A DNA stretch of 49,564 nt, filler included, from Stramenopiles sp. TOSAG23-3 (lineage: Eukaryota), in assembly GCA_900128585.1 (NCBI GenBank). It is 4 parts of 4 records of this genome, joined end to end, with 100 filler letters (N's around TTAATTAATTAA, not from the genome) between each part and the next. Parts side by side here need not be neighbours in the genome. Positions count along the whole stretch, not along the records: positions 22,762 to 45,371 come from LT642329.1; 3 more parts are not named here. One strand, written 5' to 3'. This document shows positions 30,783 through 41,321 of this stretch, in pieces (positions within the stretch are counted from its first letter, which is position 1; each line of letters begins with the position of its first letter). The notes below the pieces were generated by a model. It was given only the letters and a program-made list of their open reading frames with translations. It made no database searches and was not told where the DNA came from. Position numbers and translations under genes: made by a program.

Positions 30783-31100
30783 TTCTTGTTATTCCATTAT
30801 AACGGAACATTTATATTTTTTATGATGATGATTATATATTTTAATTATAATAATAAAATACTACTACTACGGTACCTACCTACTAGAGAAGACCGTGCGT
30901 ATTGTATCAAATCAATGCATGAGTAAAATAGAAGAATGAAAGAGAGAGGTTCATTAAAATAAACAGACGTGATCAATATCAATTCATTGAAATGCATTAC
31001 TTTGTTTAGGAAACGTTGAAGGAACGAAATCAACAAGACAAACGAGAGCCGAAACCCTTAGTGATTGTATCATTGCAAACAGACGAGTCTACACGTAAGG

Positions 31101-33560
31101 ATGAGCATTGTTCCCCAACCACCTGTCTCCCCCCCCAAGAAAGGATGGAAGAGCTCGCACAAAGTGCATAAAGCCAGTACCCTTCTAATGATGAAGATCA
31201 AAGAAGCCAAAGAAAACCAATTAAAATCTATATTGGAAGAAGATGACGAAACAGATGCAAGTGGCAATGTGGGAATTTCGTTTGCTCACATCATGTACAT
31301 TTTGAAGCAGCAGCGGAAGAACAAGCAGTATTTCGATCTCCTGTTGTTCGTAATATTTGTCACTTTGTACATTTTCATTCTCACTTCAAACAGGGCGGCA
31401 TTCGCGACCAATGGGCTGACGAGAGGCATCAAAAACATTTTAATCGATGAAGCGTTCAATGAACCAGAGCCGGGGGCCCTGTATGAAGATTCCAGGACCT
31501 ACTTTGACACTGTCGATTTTGGAGAAATGTGGGGATGGCTCCAAGGGCCTTTAGCAAACGTGCTGTGGAAGGAGGAGTCGTACTACGGCGCTCCGTTCGG
31601 CACGTACGTCCATGGCACAAACAAGAGCAGACGAGTTGTCCTCGGGCAAACGCATCTCTTGGGGCGTGTAATGATGCGGCAGTTGAGGACGACTCCCTCA
31701 ACTATGACCACAAGTGGAGAAACCTACAACGTCTATCCTTACGTCGAAGATGACTGGGACCAGAGCATGGGGGCTGAGCCCAACGGTACGTACGACTCAA
31801 GGTATGGAACATACATTGCCGACAATTCTCTTAGCAATCTGAACGGGGTAACGACAGGTTTCTTTACGTACATATCGTATGGAAGGAATGCATGGGTCAC
31901 GTATTTGCCGGCAGACAAGACGAATGCTACGAAGGAACTTGAACGCTTGAAAAATGCCGGGATGGCAGATGATGGGACGGCAATCATATCGGTCGATTTT
32001 AATACGATTAACCCTAGCATCAACACAGTAACAAGCGTGCGAATAATCTTTGAAATGACATCCACTGGGTTTTTAAGGCACAAAGCTTGGCTTTGGTCTG
32101 TGCCAGTGTCGTTTTACAACTCAAGCAAAGGAATTTTTCGAGGAGTATGCGAAGCCATATTTATGATGGGTCTAATCATATACACCGTGTCTGAAGTACG
32201 CGAGCTTATGATAACGGGCGTAAAAGTGTACTTCAAGTCTATGTTCAATCGCATTGAAGTTTTAAATTTGGTGCTATTTTGGTACAATGTGCTCTCGTAC
32301 GCAAACTTCATGTACAACTGGAATTTTAACGTTGATATTACTCAGGAAAATTTGGATTTATACGGGTGGACCATGTATTATAACAGCAACACGAGAACGG
32401 CCGCATTTAACACATTGATTTGCTTTTTCAAAGTGTTTAAATACCTGCAAGTTTCTCCGCGGTTTAACTTGTTGTGGGTTACCATGGGATTTGCTTCAAA
32501 GGACCTGGTATCTTTTCTGTGTGTATGGCTTTTATTTATGTTCGGCTACTGCACCGTTGGGATCCTGGTTTACGGGCCGGACGAGGAGGCTTTTGTGACG
32601 TACGTAAATTCGTTCACCACACTCTTTAAGATACTGCTGGGCGATTTTGATTACAACGCCCTTGAGGCGTCGTCGCCAATTATGACGCCTATATTTTTTG
32701 TGTCATTTGTTGTTCTCGTGTTTTTTGTCACAATCAACATGATGGTGGCGATCATCATTAAAGGCTTTGAAAGAGCCAAGCAGAACCAAGCCGATCAAGC
32801 CCATCGAATAAAGAAGGTGCCGTTTGTTTATGACAGCGTCACAGAGAATATTTATGGAACGATGTTTCGAATCAAAGCAACCTTAGGGGTGATAAGTGTA
32901 CCCGTTGAAGCACTGACCCACCATCACGCAGTTCACCTTCTTGCCGACCCTAAGATGCGACAGGACATGGAAGATGGTGCTATATTGACGTTGAATGGAG
33001 ACGGACAGGCGGCGGTTGATTTCGACCCAAAGCATCAAGCCGAATTGGGAGAACCTTCGAAGAAAGAGCTCAAAGTAAGAGAAGTGAGACGAAAGGCTAT
33101 CAAGGAAAAGCTGTCATCTGTGCGCAAAAATCACGCCTTAGCAAAACTGGACATATGGAAGGAGCATTTAGTAGCGGCCAGGCGGCTGAAAAAGACATTT
33201 GCGGGTTCGAAATCGATTAAAAGAGCGTACCTCCGCCTCCAGAAGCTAGAAAATCAAATTCCAAGGACCGTTTACAAAAAAGTGTTAGATGTGGACGAGA
33301 TGACCACAATATTGGGCGACAAAGAACAAGCTAGGCAAGTGATCATTGATTTTCAATTTCTGATGTCCGGGGCGCATCACATAGACGATGACTCACAATT
33401 TGACGATGATCACTCCGATTCTGCGCACATAGTGGAAACGAATCTTTGCACAAAGCAAATGAAGGCCCAGCTAAACAGATTGAATAGTGACATTTCAAGC
33501 ATCAAAAGCTCGTTGAACGTTTTGATCGCAAAAAACAAGGAAACCACTACTACAGTGTAA
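31101..33560 (+). CDS. PKD2: Polycystin-2 (TRPP/PKD2)-like cation channel
   Basis: Six TMs, TOP domain (EMWGWLQGP, LLGRVMMRQLR, DFNTINPSIN), KVFKYL, pore FTTLFKILLGDFDY, S6 FFVTINMMVAII, C-terminal coiled coil. First ATG is at 31101. Confidence 0.93.
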   Translation: MSIVPQPPVSPPKKGWKSSHKVHKASTLLMMKIKEAKENQLKSILEEDDETDASGNVGISFAHIMYILKQQRKNKQYFDLLLFVIFVTLYIFILTSNRAAFATNGLTRGIKNILIDEAFNEPEPGALYEDSRTYFDTVDFGEMWGWLQGPLANVLWKEESYYGAPFGTYVHGTNKSRRVVLGQTHLLGRVMMRQLRTTPSTMTTSGETYNVYPYVEDDWDQSMGAEPNGTYDSRYGTYIADNSLSNLNGVTTGFFTYISYGRNAWVTYLPADKTNATKELERLKNAGMADDGTAIISVDFNTINPSINTVTSVRIIFEMTSTGFLRHKAWLWSVPVSFYNSSKGIFRGVCEAIFMMGLIIYTVSEVRELMITGVKVYFKSMFNRIEVLNLVLFWYNVLSYANFMYNWNFNVDITQENLDLYGWTMYYNSNTRTAAFNTLICFFKVFKYLQVSPRFNLLWVTMGFASKDLVSFLCVWLLFMFGYCTVGILVYGPDEEAFVTYVNSFTTLFKILLGDFDYNALEASSPIMTPIFFVSFVVLVFFVTINMMVAIIIKGFERAKQNQADQAHRIKKVPFVYDSVTENIYGTMFRIKATLGVISVPVEALTHHHAVHLLADPKMRQDMEDGAILTLNGDGQAAVDFDPKHQAELGEPSKKELKVREVRRKAIKEKLSSVRKNHALAKLDIWKEHLVAARRLKKTFAGSKSIKRAYLRLQKLENQIPRTVYKKVLDVDEMTTILGDKEQARQVIIDFQFLMSGAHHIDDDSQFDDDHSDSAHIVETNLCTKQMKAQLNRLNSDISSIKSSLNVLIAKNKETTTTV

Positions 33561-33744
33561 GCTTGCCTTTTCAGAAAGAGCAAGGTGTGCTTTGCAACAC
33601 TGCGTTTGTGCCGGTGCAGCCTTGGAGGAGATGGGGTGATTTGGGTGTGTGTTTACATTATATTTTAAATTTCTGAAAAATTTATTTTTACATTTTAAAA
33701 TATTTGATAGTGTCTGTCTATTTTAAAATTTATAATCATAATAC

Positions 33745-33888
33745 TTGGTACAGGTACTGGTACAGGTACGGTACCAGGTACAGGTACCGTACCAGGTACC
33801 GGTATTAATATTATACCGGTAGGTACCCGGTACAGGTACAGGTTTTTTCCAGGGTACGGTACCCGGTACCCGGTACCCTGGGTACCCA
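33745..33888. repeat. GGTAC/GGTACC-rich degenerate tandem and palindromic repeat
   Basis: Many closely spaced GTAC cores visible. Confidence 0.92.
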
Positions 33889-34029
33889 CATCGAAAAACG
33901 TAAGTTTGGAGTTTTCACTATTAATAATTTAAACCATGCCGTTTTCGATAGCATATTCTTATTCTACTAAAAAAGTTATATAAATAAAGTGTCGTCGGAT
34001 ACAATTTTCTTGTTTTTATATTAATTTTT

Positions 34030-34073
34030 TTTTAATAATCACTCTAACTAACAGCCATTTTTTTGTTTTTAAA
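34030..34073. repeat. Copy of the short dispersed 3'-region repeat
   Basis: TTTTAATAATCACTCTAACTAACAGCCATTTTTTTGTTTTTA aligns with 30303-30345. Confidence 0.7.
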
Positions 34074-34090
34074 CTTCGAGGTTCATTATC

Positions 34091-37000
34091 TTATGAAACA
34101 TTTTTTCGTCGGCTTTTTGCCAAATTCATGTTCACCGCTTTGAGTGCTGCGGGTTTGAACACCTCTATTATGTACCGCTCTATTCTATATGGTAGGGGAA
34201 GGTACGGGTCTGGGTTGTGTAACGCCGCCATGGCCCCTACAGCTTCGAGGAATTCTGCGTACACCATTTCGCTGGTAGTGTTATCAGTATCCCCAGAAAC
34301 GTTGGCATCTTCCACGTCTGCCTGAACATACGCAAAGACATTTCGTGTTGATTTTTCTGTCATGTTGGTGTTCATCAACCCCAAATCGCGGACAAGCTTT
34401 ACAAATTCTGTCTCGTTTATTGTGCGAACGTTTGATGCATTGTCGTTTGTTTGGTCCATTGCGGCATAGATTGCAAATATATCTTTAAGAAAATTGTCAA
34501 ACCTTTTAAAGACCTGGGTCGCCCCTGGTGTCATAACCTTTCCCCTGAAAGAATCGCTATCGATTCTGCCTGCATTAGGAATTAAGTAATCTTCGAACAG
34601 CATTATGATTTTCTCAGATAAAGGGACATTCTGTTTTTTCATTTTTAAGCAGCCGATCCGGAGCAGCACTTCAAGAAACCCCTTTCCACTCAATTCTTTG
34701 ATTGGGCTGTCCGCTACATCGTCGGCTTTGGTTTGTCTATTGGTGACGGCGCGTGTGACGTTTTGAAAAATAGAGCTAAGATTTTGTTTGGACAATTTAT
34801 TCAGCTTACAATCTTTTATGAAGCGAAAATATTCAGCTTTGTCCATGGTCACATTACTGCCTCCTACAGTTTGACCAGCGTAGTAGGTGAACATCCGCTT
34901 TGTCGTTCTCAAGTTTACCCGAAGATAGCTGGATATGCTAGCCAGCTCTTCAACCTGCTCGTCTTCTTCGATGCCGACGTATCCAGTTGAATAGGACCTC
35001 AATTGTTTGAACAGATCGCCCAGGTTACTCTTGTCCAAGCAAGTAAAGGTGCCATCGTCTTGGTCCTCTTCGTCTGTAATTTCTCTGGACATTAGGTGAG
35101 GCCTCAATGATTCCCACAGGTGAGTCTGACAGGCATCTAGCAACAGCTTAAAATTCAATCGTTCGTCGACACGATGGGCGTAAGTGGATGCAATCAGATC
35201 ATGGCACACGGTATCCAATGTTTTTATATGCTTGAGAATATCGGCCGAAAGCTTATAAAGCACAGCAGACTCCTCGTTCGTTAAATCTAGTTGCAGTTCG
35301 ACGATTGTGCGCAGAATTGTTTGCAACGATTGGTTCATATCAAATAAAGAAAGAGTTACATCTGGATAACTCATCTCACAGACACCCGTCGTCGATTTGT
35401 AACTCCCCCAGAATGCATTACCAGCTTCGTGTTTGTCTGTCAATAACCGACTGCCGTGAAGTTGAAATATTTGCAAGATCATTGCACATTTCAATCTGCG
35501 CAAAGTAGGGTTTAGAACTATTTGTTCTCCTTCTACTACTGCAAACGTCTTTTTGCCCGCCTTTTTTTCGGCCGCCTTTTCGTCATGTGCAACATTTTCT
35601 ATGTATTTTCCAATTGGCTCTGTCTTCGTCGAGCAGGCCAAGCAAATATCTTTTAGTGTTTCGAAAACAGGATCGGCTTTGCTTCTATTTTCCGGCTTGG
35701 GCACACAAAGATGGTACAATCCTATAAAGGACGGGAAGTGGAAATCGTCAATGGTCTTGTTGCCCGGTGCTATGTGGGCGTTGAACTGCTTCCTGGACTG
35801 CAACGTGCCAAAATAGCCCTCGGAAAATTTAGTCTCGTTTTCATTCCATTCTAGCGTAGTGCCGAGCAAAGAAAACATGATTGAGCCTGCAGTTGTTTCC
35901 GATAGGCATATGTCATCGTCCATGGCTTCCTCTTCTTCCCAGTCGTCTTCGTCTTTGGTTTGAAAATACGATTTTCGTTCATCGAGTGTGAGCGAGCGCG
36001 ATTCTTCCGAAAGAAATTGCATGGGCAGTTTCATTGCGCCAAAGTCGTGCCTTTTAATCTGTTCGATTCCATAAATGGACGTTTGATAAATCAGGCCAGA
36101 GTGAAACAACTGTGCGGATCGGGACAAATTGTACGCTATCAGCGACTGTATATGGGGCTGCGACGCTGGGTTGTCCAGCTCCGCCTCTTCCTTCACAACT
36201 TCCTCTTCATGAAGACGCAGCATGCGTTTCATGCTTTCTACAGTGCGCTGTCGTTGTTCTATTCGCTTTAATAGCGTCTTGTACTTTCGTGCACTTGTCT
36301 TCAGCTTGGACACCGCATCGGCTGCCATGCCAATTTCGTTATTTTTTTTCGAACGTGCACTGTATTGTTTCCAAGCGTCGAAAATATGTTTAGCTTTGAC
36401 GCCAACCATTTTTCCAAGCCATCGAGACAAGTTTTCTCTCGCTAACTTTTCTCCCTCCAACGCCTGTTTCCATCGCCTAAACATGACATTTCGAATGGTC
36501 TTCTTCCATTTATCTGCAGTTCTCGTCAAAATCCGGGCTTCCATGATTTTGCTGGTCTCCAAATCCTTCAAAAATGTCATTACTTCAGGTTCAAACTCAA
36601 CGGCTTCGGAATAGTGACGCGATAATTGATAGGTCTCCTCTGCGAAACTAATCGTCTTCATTATGGAGCTTAATGAGGAGTTTACCAGCGAGTGAGATGT
36701 TTTGGGGCTGCGAACTAGAGCTCGGGTTGTTTCTATATCTAGCCGGTGATTGATCGATCGTGCCAGAACTCCCACAAGTGTTTGTACCATGGGCTGCGGG
36801 GAGTCTTGGTAGTCTATCGACGAGTTTCCCTTCGGGTCACTGGGGGCCAGCTTCAAAAAATGTGATTCAATTTCAAACAATAAGTGCATTGCAACCGACG
36901 TTCGGATCAGAATGGGACGATAGTTCGCCTCGTCCTGGTTCAGCAGGTCACACAAAACTGAGATTTCCTGAAACTTTGCGTCTAAATGCACAAGTTTTGA

Positions 37001-37351
37001 TGCGTACAGCCCTTCTTCGTGCTTGTATGTGCTTGGCCATGAGATTTTTGACGAAGGCTTCCACAACACCGATGATTTTTTCGGCGTAGGAGATCTATAT
37101 GAAGCATGCACCGACGGCAACAGGCTTTTCTTCGATTCAACCAGTAGCGGGCTCTCATAAGCTGCCCCACGGTCGACCTCTTTTTCTACACCTTCGATTA
37201 CTCTCTGCTTTCTTTTCCGCAAAAGCTTCATCATCAGAGGCCCCCCACGAAATGTCCCTCCCAAGGTAGACGCATTGTCCTCTCTATCGGCAGTTCTGTT
37301 CAAGGGGATAGAAAAGCTGACATCTTTTGCAAAGAACTTGCTGGATATCAT
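34091..37351 (-). CDS. Uncharacterised 1086-aa protein with coiled coil, Sfi1-like F..WK motifs and C-terminal EF-hand-like repeats
   Basis: Long ATG-initiated ORF. VMFRRWK, HIFDAWK; MDKAEYFRFIKDCKL, LSGKGFLEVLLRI, INETEFVKLVRD, MVYAEFLEAV. Function is inferred only. Confidence 0.7.
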   Translation of the reverse strand: MISSKFFAKDVSFSIPLNRTADREDNASTLGGTFRGGPLMMKLLRKRKQRVIEGVEKEVDRGAAYESPLLVESKKSLLPSVHASYRSPTPKKSSVLWKPSSKISWPSTYKHEEGLYASKLVHLDAKFQEISVLCDLLNQDEANYRPILIRTSVAMHLLFEIESHFLKLAPSDPKGNSSIDYQDSPQPMVQTLVGVLARSINHRLDIETTRALVRSPKTSHSLVNSSLSSIMKTISFAEETYQLSRHYSEAVEFEPEVMTFLKDLETSKIMEARILTRTADKWKKTIRNVMFRRWKQALEGEKLARENLSRWLGKMVGVKAKHIFDAWKQYSARSKKNNEIGMAADAVSKLKTSARKYKTLLKRIEQRQRTVESMKRMLRLHEEEVVKEEAELDNPASQPHIQSLIAYNLSRSAQLFHSGLIYQTSIYGIEQIKRHDFGAMKLPMQFLSEESRSLTLDERKSYFQTKDEDDWEEEEAMDDDICLSETTAGSIMFSLLGTTLEWNENETKFSEGYFGTLQSRKQFNAHIAPGNKTIDDFHFPSFIGLYHLCVPKPENRSKADPVFETLKDICLACSTKTEPIGKYIENVAHDEKAAEKKAGKKTFAVVEGEQIVLNPTLRRLKCAMILQIFQLHGSRLLTDKHEAGNAFWGSYKSTTGVCEMSYPDVTLSLFDMNQSLQTILRTIVELQLDLTNEESAVLYKLSADILKHIKTLDTVCHDLIASTYAHRVDERLNFKLLLDACQTHLWESLRPHLMSREITDEEDQDDGTFTCLDKSNLGDLFKQLRSYSTGYVGIEEDEQVEELASISSYLRVNLRTTKRMFTYYAGQTVGGSNVTMDKAEYFRFIKDCKLNKLSKQNLSSIFQNVTRAVTNRQTKADDVADSPIKELSGKGFLEVLLRIGCLKMKKQNVPLSEKIIMLFEDYLIPNAGRIDSDSFRGKVMTPGATQVFKRFDNFLKDIFAIYAAMDQTNDNASNVRTINETEFVKLVRDLGLMNTNMTEKSTRNVFAYVQADVEDANVSGDTDNTTSEMVYAEFLEAVGAMAALHNPDPYLPLPYRIERYIIEVFKPAALKAVNMNLAKSRRKNVS

Positions 37352-38475
37352 TTTGAAAAATTTTCACTTCGCAAAGAATACTAATCTGAGCTCAGTGTCG
37401 AATCCTGCATGGTTGTTGTTGCTTGGTACTTTTTTATGTTACATAAAATAATAAAGAAATAAAAAACAGACGAGCGAGCAACAAAAACAAAAAGCAATAA
37501 TATTATGTGAATAATTTTGGTATTACGATCGATAATAAATAAAAGAAGAGTAGAAGTAGTAACGGATTTTCTATATTATTTTTTTATTTATATTTTCTCA
37601 AAGAATTATCGATCATATATGAAGCCCCCTAATTATTATATAAAGTTTCATTTCTTTCTTCTACCAAACTGGACACTGGACAGCGGACAGCAGGGCTGCA
37701 AAATTCTATTCCTGTTATATTTTTAACAAACGAAATGGGAATATTATCTTTATACTATTTCTATGTTGTGTGATGACCAACGTAGTACACAATATATACC
37801 TGTACCGCACCACCCAACGAAATTTGGTATGACATAATGACTGCTGTGATAAACGGAAAGTTAAGGGATGTTTTTGACTGTAATATGTAAGTATTACTCT
37901 TTAATAATTGTGATGTTTGAAACGTCGATACTCTCTCGTCTCTTTTTCTTAAAAGCTTTATAATATAAGGTATTCTTCCGAGTGAAACATTCTACTTTCT
38001 TCTTTTCAAGTACCTAATTGTGTACAATACGTTCCTATTGTTATTACCGTTTGCTGCGGTTTCTATAGGAACGAGAGATTGTTTTAAATACCAGTAGTGT
38101 GTCTTCGTTTGTGCTATTTCTATATTAGAATTGGGGTTTCTTTATGCCACACTTACCTTAACTATATGGTTAAAATACAATTGATATAAATAACGATAGA
38201 AGAAGAAAGGTCGAAAAAATGAAGAAGAAAAAAGTGTTAGTAGTAGATGATCACAACAAAGAACAAACGACACGACAACAACAAAATAAAAAAAACAAAA
38301 AACATTTTGTTTTAACAGAAAGATTTCTACTGTGTGTCGTTTTTAATTTATACTAATTTTAAAACTTATTTTTATTACGGAAAAGCAGACGATTCTTGAA
38401 AAGACGAGGAGAACATGAACAAAGACTGCGGGTGTTTGCCCAATACTTAAAAACCATGATGTGTGCTGAGCTGAC

Positions 38476-39252
38476 TCAGCGTTTCGAGGATGAGGCGCCG
38501 CCCCTCGATGTTCTATTTCTGTTGTTTGCCAAATATTCCCGTTCCTTTTTTTGTAATTCTGGCTCAAACAATTTCTTAAGCTGCGCTTTCGTTTCGCTTG
38601 TCGCCATGTTACTATTACTATTTTTCAGGTGCTCTGCAACTGGTTTTGCAACATTATAAACGTACTCCTTCGCAAACGTTCTCAACGTTTCGTTTTCGTA
38701 CTTCATTTTCGTCACCGATACTTTGTACAATTCTATCTGGCGAGTCATACCCTGGATTTGTTCTATGGCTTTTTGAAGAATTCTTGCTTTGTCTGCCTGA
38801 CATTTTAGACCAAGCAAGGTCATAAGAGTTTCGAACCTATCGTTAACTTCGTGCCTGCGTTCCTTTTCCCTATTATTTTTGCGCTGTCGACGCAGCTCTT
38901 CCGTCGCTGCGCTGAGCTTGCCTCCTACTCTGCGCTTCTTTGTATTCGTGCTCGCGGTGGAACTTTTTTGGGCAACGCTATTGTTGGTACCCTCTGCAAC
39001 CTTCTTTCTGACTTTAGTGCTTGGAGCGCGTTGTCGCTTTTTTCCTTTATTGTTAACTTCGATACTAGCGACGAATTCAGTTGGCTCTCCAGGGAATTTC
39101 AAGGGGTCGTCTTCTTGCTTTTCCCTGCTGTTGCTTGGCTCGAACGTGTCTGCTGCTGTCAGTTCTGGCCAGTTTTGTGTATCGTAGTAAATCTCATCCT
39201 CATAACTGATTTCCTCAAAATCCAAACTAAACTTGTCGAGTTCTTGATCCAT
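38476..39252 (-). CDS. bHLH-ZIP transcription factor
   Basis: RRQRKNNREKERRHEVNDRFETLMTLL-loop-DKARILQKAIEQIQGM followed by a zipper ending ENETLR. First ATG is at 39252. Confidence 0.9.
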   Translation of the reverse strand: MDQELDKFSLDFEEISYEDEIYYDTQNWPELTAADTFEPSNSREKQEDDPLKFPGEPTEFVASIEVNNKGKKRQRAPSTKVRKKVAEGTNNSVAQKSSTASTNTKKRRVGGKLSAATEELRRQRKNNREKERRHEVNDRFETLMTLLGLKCQADKARILQKAIEQIQGMTRQIELYKVSVTKMKYENETLRTFAKEYVYNVAKPVAEHLKNSNSNMATSETKAQLKKLFEPELQKKEREYLANNRNRTSRGGASSSKR

Positions 39253-40759
39253 TCTTTTCGTGGGACAGATACTTGTTCTTGACCGCACACGTTGGTTGTT
39301 TCACTGACTGATTTTTCGCTAAATGTTTCGCTCGCAAGATTACCTTCCGCCAACAAGGTGCTCCGTAGCCAAGGTTCGAGCTACCCACTAAACAATATAA
39401 ACTCTTGCAACCTAACTTTTTCCACAAACCACTGGTTTATCTAAGCAAGAACACCCAAAGCACTAACACCTTAACAGTTGTAAGTGTCGTTTAATATTAA
39501 CGGACTAAGTAACGCTTGAATGAACAGGTTTAACTCCCAATACAATTTGTCTTTACACAATGTCCACACTCGAACGTATTATTACCAACCTCATGCACTC
39601 ACAAACACAATCGCCATTTCTCCCCCCCCCCCCCCCTTTAACTAAGAAGAAAGAAAGAAGAAAAAAAAGAAAAGAACAAAAAAGAACAATTCTGTCTCCT
39701 TGCCGCTCGCCGCCCTCCTACTATAGGTACTGGTATAAAGTTATGTAGTATTTAAAAAATACTATAACATATTAATACTGTGGTGGAAGAAAGGGAAGGT
39801 GGATCACGAGTGCCTTTAGTAGTCCGTCCTCCTTCATCATCTCATCTTCTATCATGAATGACTTTTCCCCCCCACTAATCCAAGCCTATTATTATATATA
39901 TTCCCTTCCCTTTAATGTAACCCTAAATATAACAATCATTCATTTCTTCGTTTTTGTTTTGATGCAGGTAGTTGGGTCTCAGTGTTCTGTTCTGTAAGGA
40001 TTTTAGTGTGAAATATTTATATTACAAGGATTAATAATATATTTTTTATTATACACTAGTTTATAGTAATTAATGAAGAATCCATTAGATAAATAGTAGT
40101 TAATATATTTATTCCCATATAGCTATAAATACATCTCCTTAAAATACATAACAAAAGTCAGATCGATCAGATCAACAAGTAAAATTAGAAAGGGAGACCG
40201 GACCGAGCGGACAGGACGGGACCACCTATCCTCGTATTCCATATTATATAAAATCCTACCGAACGTCCTACTGTACAATTAAAACCAATAAATACTATAA
40301 CATAACATACCTGAATGAATGAACAATAAAAAATATTATTTAAAAAAAAAACAATCCTCCTCCTTTTGAGAGGAGTGTAGGGGTTTTAGTTATATATTGG
40401 TCATTGTCCATTAGTCGTTCTACCAATTGGTTGTTTAAAAGAACGAACTGTAAAATTTAATTTAATAATTATAAATTATAATTAATAAGAATTGAGAAAG
40501 GTGAATAATGGGGATGGATGGATGGATGGTGGGAATAATAATCCTTAATTAAGTATTATATTATTAGATTTAGGAGACTTCGCACAGACAGAGACAGCAA
40601 TGATTTTGATGAAAAGACCTTTTGCAATGAAGGAAGGACACAAAAGCATAATGAAGTTCGAAAGGAATAATAGGGACTTTATTTTTAGAATACAAATATA
40701 TATATATAATAATATAATTGAACCAATTTCAAAAATAACAACAAACAAGAATAAAGCAA

Positions 40760-40923
40760 AAAAGAAGAAGGAAGAAGAAGAAGAAGAAGAAGAAGAAGAA
40801 GAAGAAGAAGAAAGAAGAAGAAGAAGAAAGAAGAAGAAGAAAGAAGGAAGAAGGAAGAAGAAGAAGGAAGAAGAAGAAGAAAAGAGAGAAGAAGAAAGAA
40901 GAAAGAAGAAAGAAAAAAAAAAG
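40760..40923. repeat. (GAA)n polypurine microsatellite
   Basis: Visible upstream of POLD3. Confidence 0.95.
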
Positions 40924-41321
40924 ATTCTTCTTTCTTCTACTATCTACTACTTGGTTGGTACTAGAAGAGTATCATCATCGATCTATTATTATTTATTATA
41001 CTACCAAGTACTACCTTACTTATTATACCAAGAAGGTGGGAGGGTACCAAACAGGAACGAATAACAGGAAGGAGGAGGAGGAGATTCGCTGCTTGGTGGT
41101 AGGCCGATATAGTAGTTGTTCTTCAGATAATAATTCGTTGAATTGTATTTGGTTCGTATCTATTAGAATGTAGCAATAATAATAATTTAACTAAAGGATA
41201 CCCCCAATGGACATTTAAAGGTCTATGGATTATAGATTGACATGCACACTCACCCCCACCGTGTTATATCGAACCGTGTTTGCGATAGATTCAAGTGAGA
41301 GAAGATACTGTTAGAAGAAAA

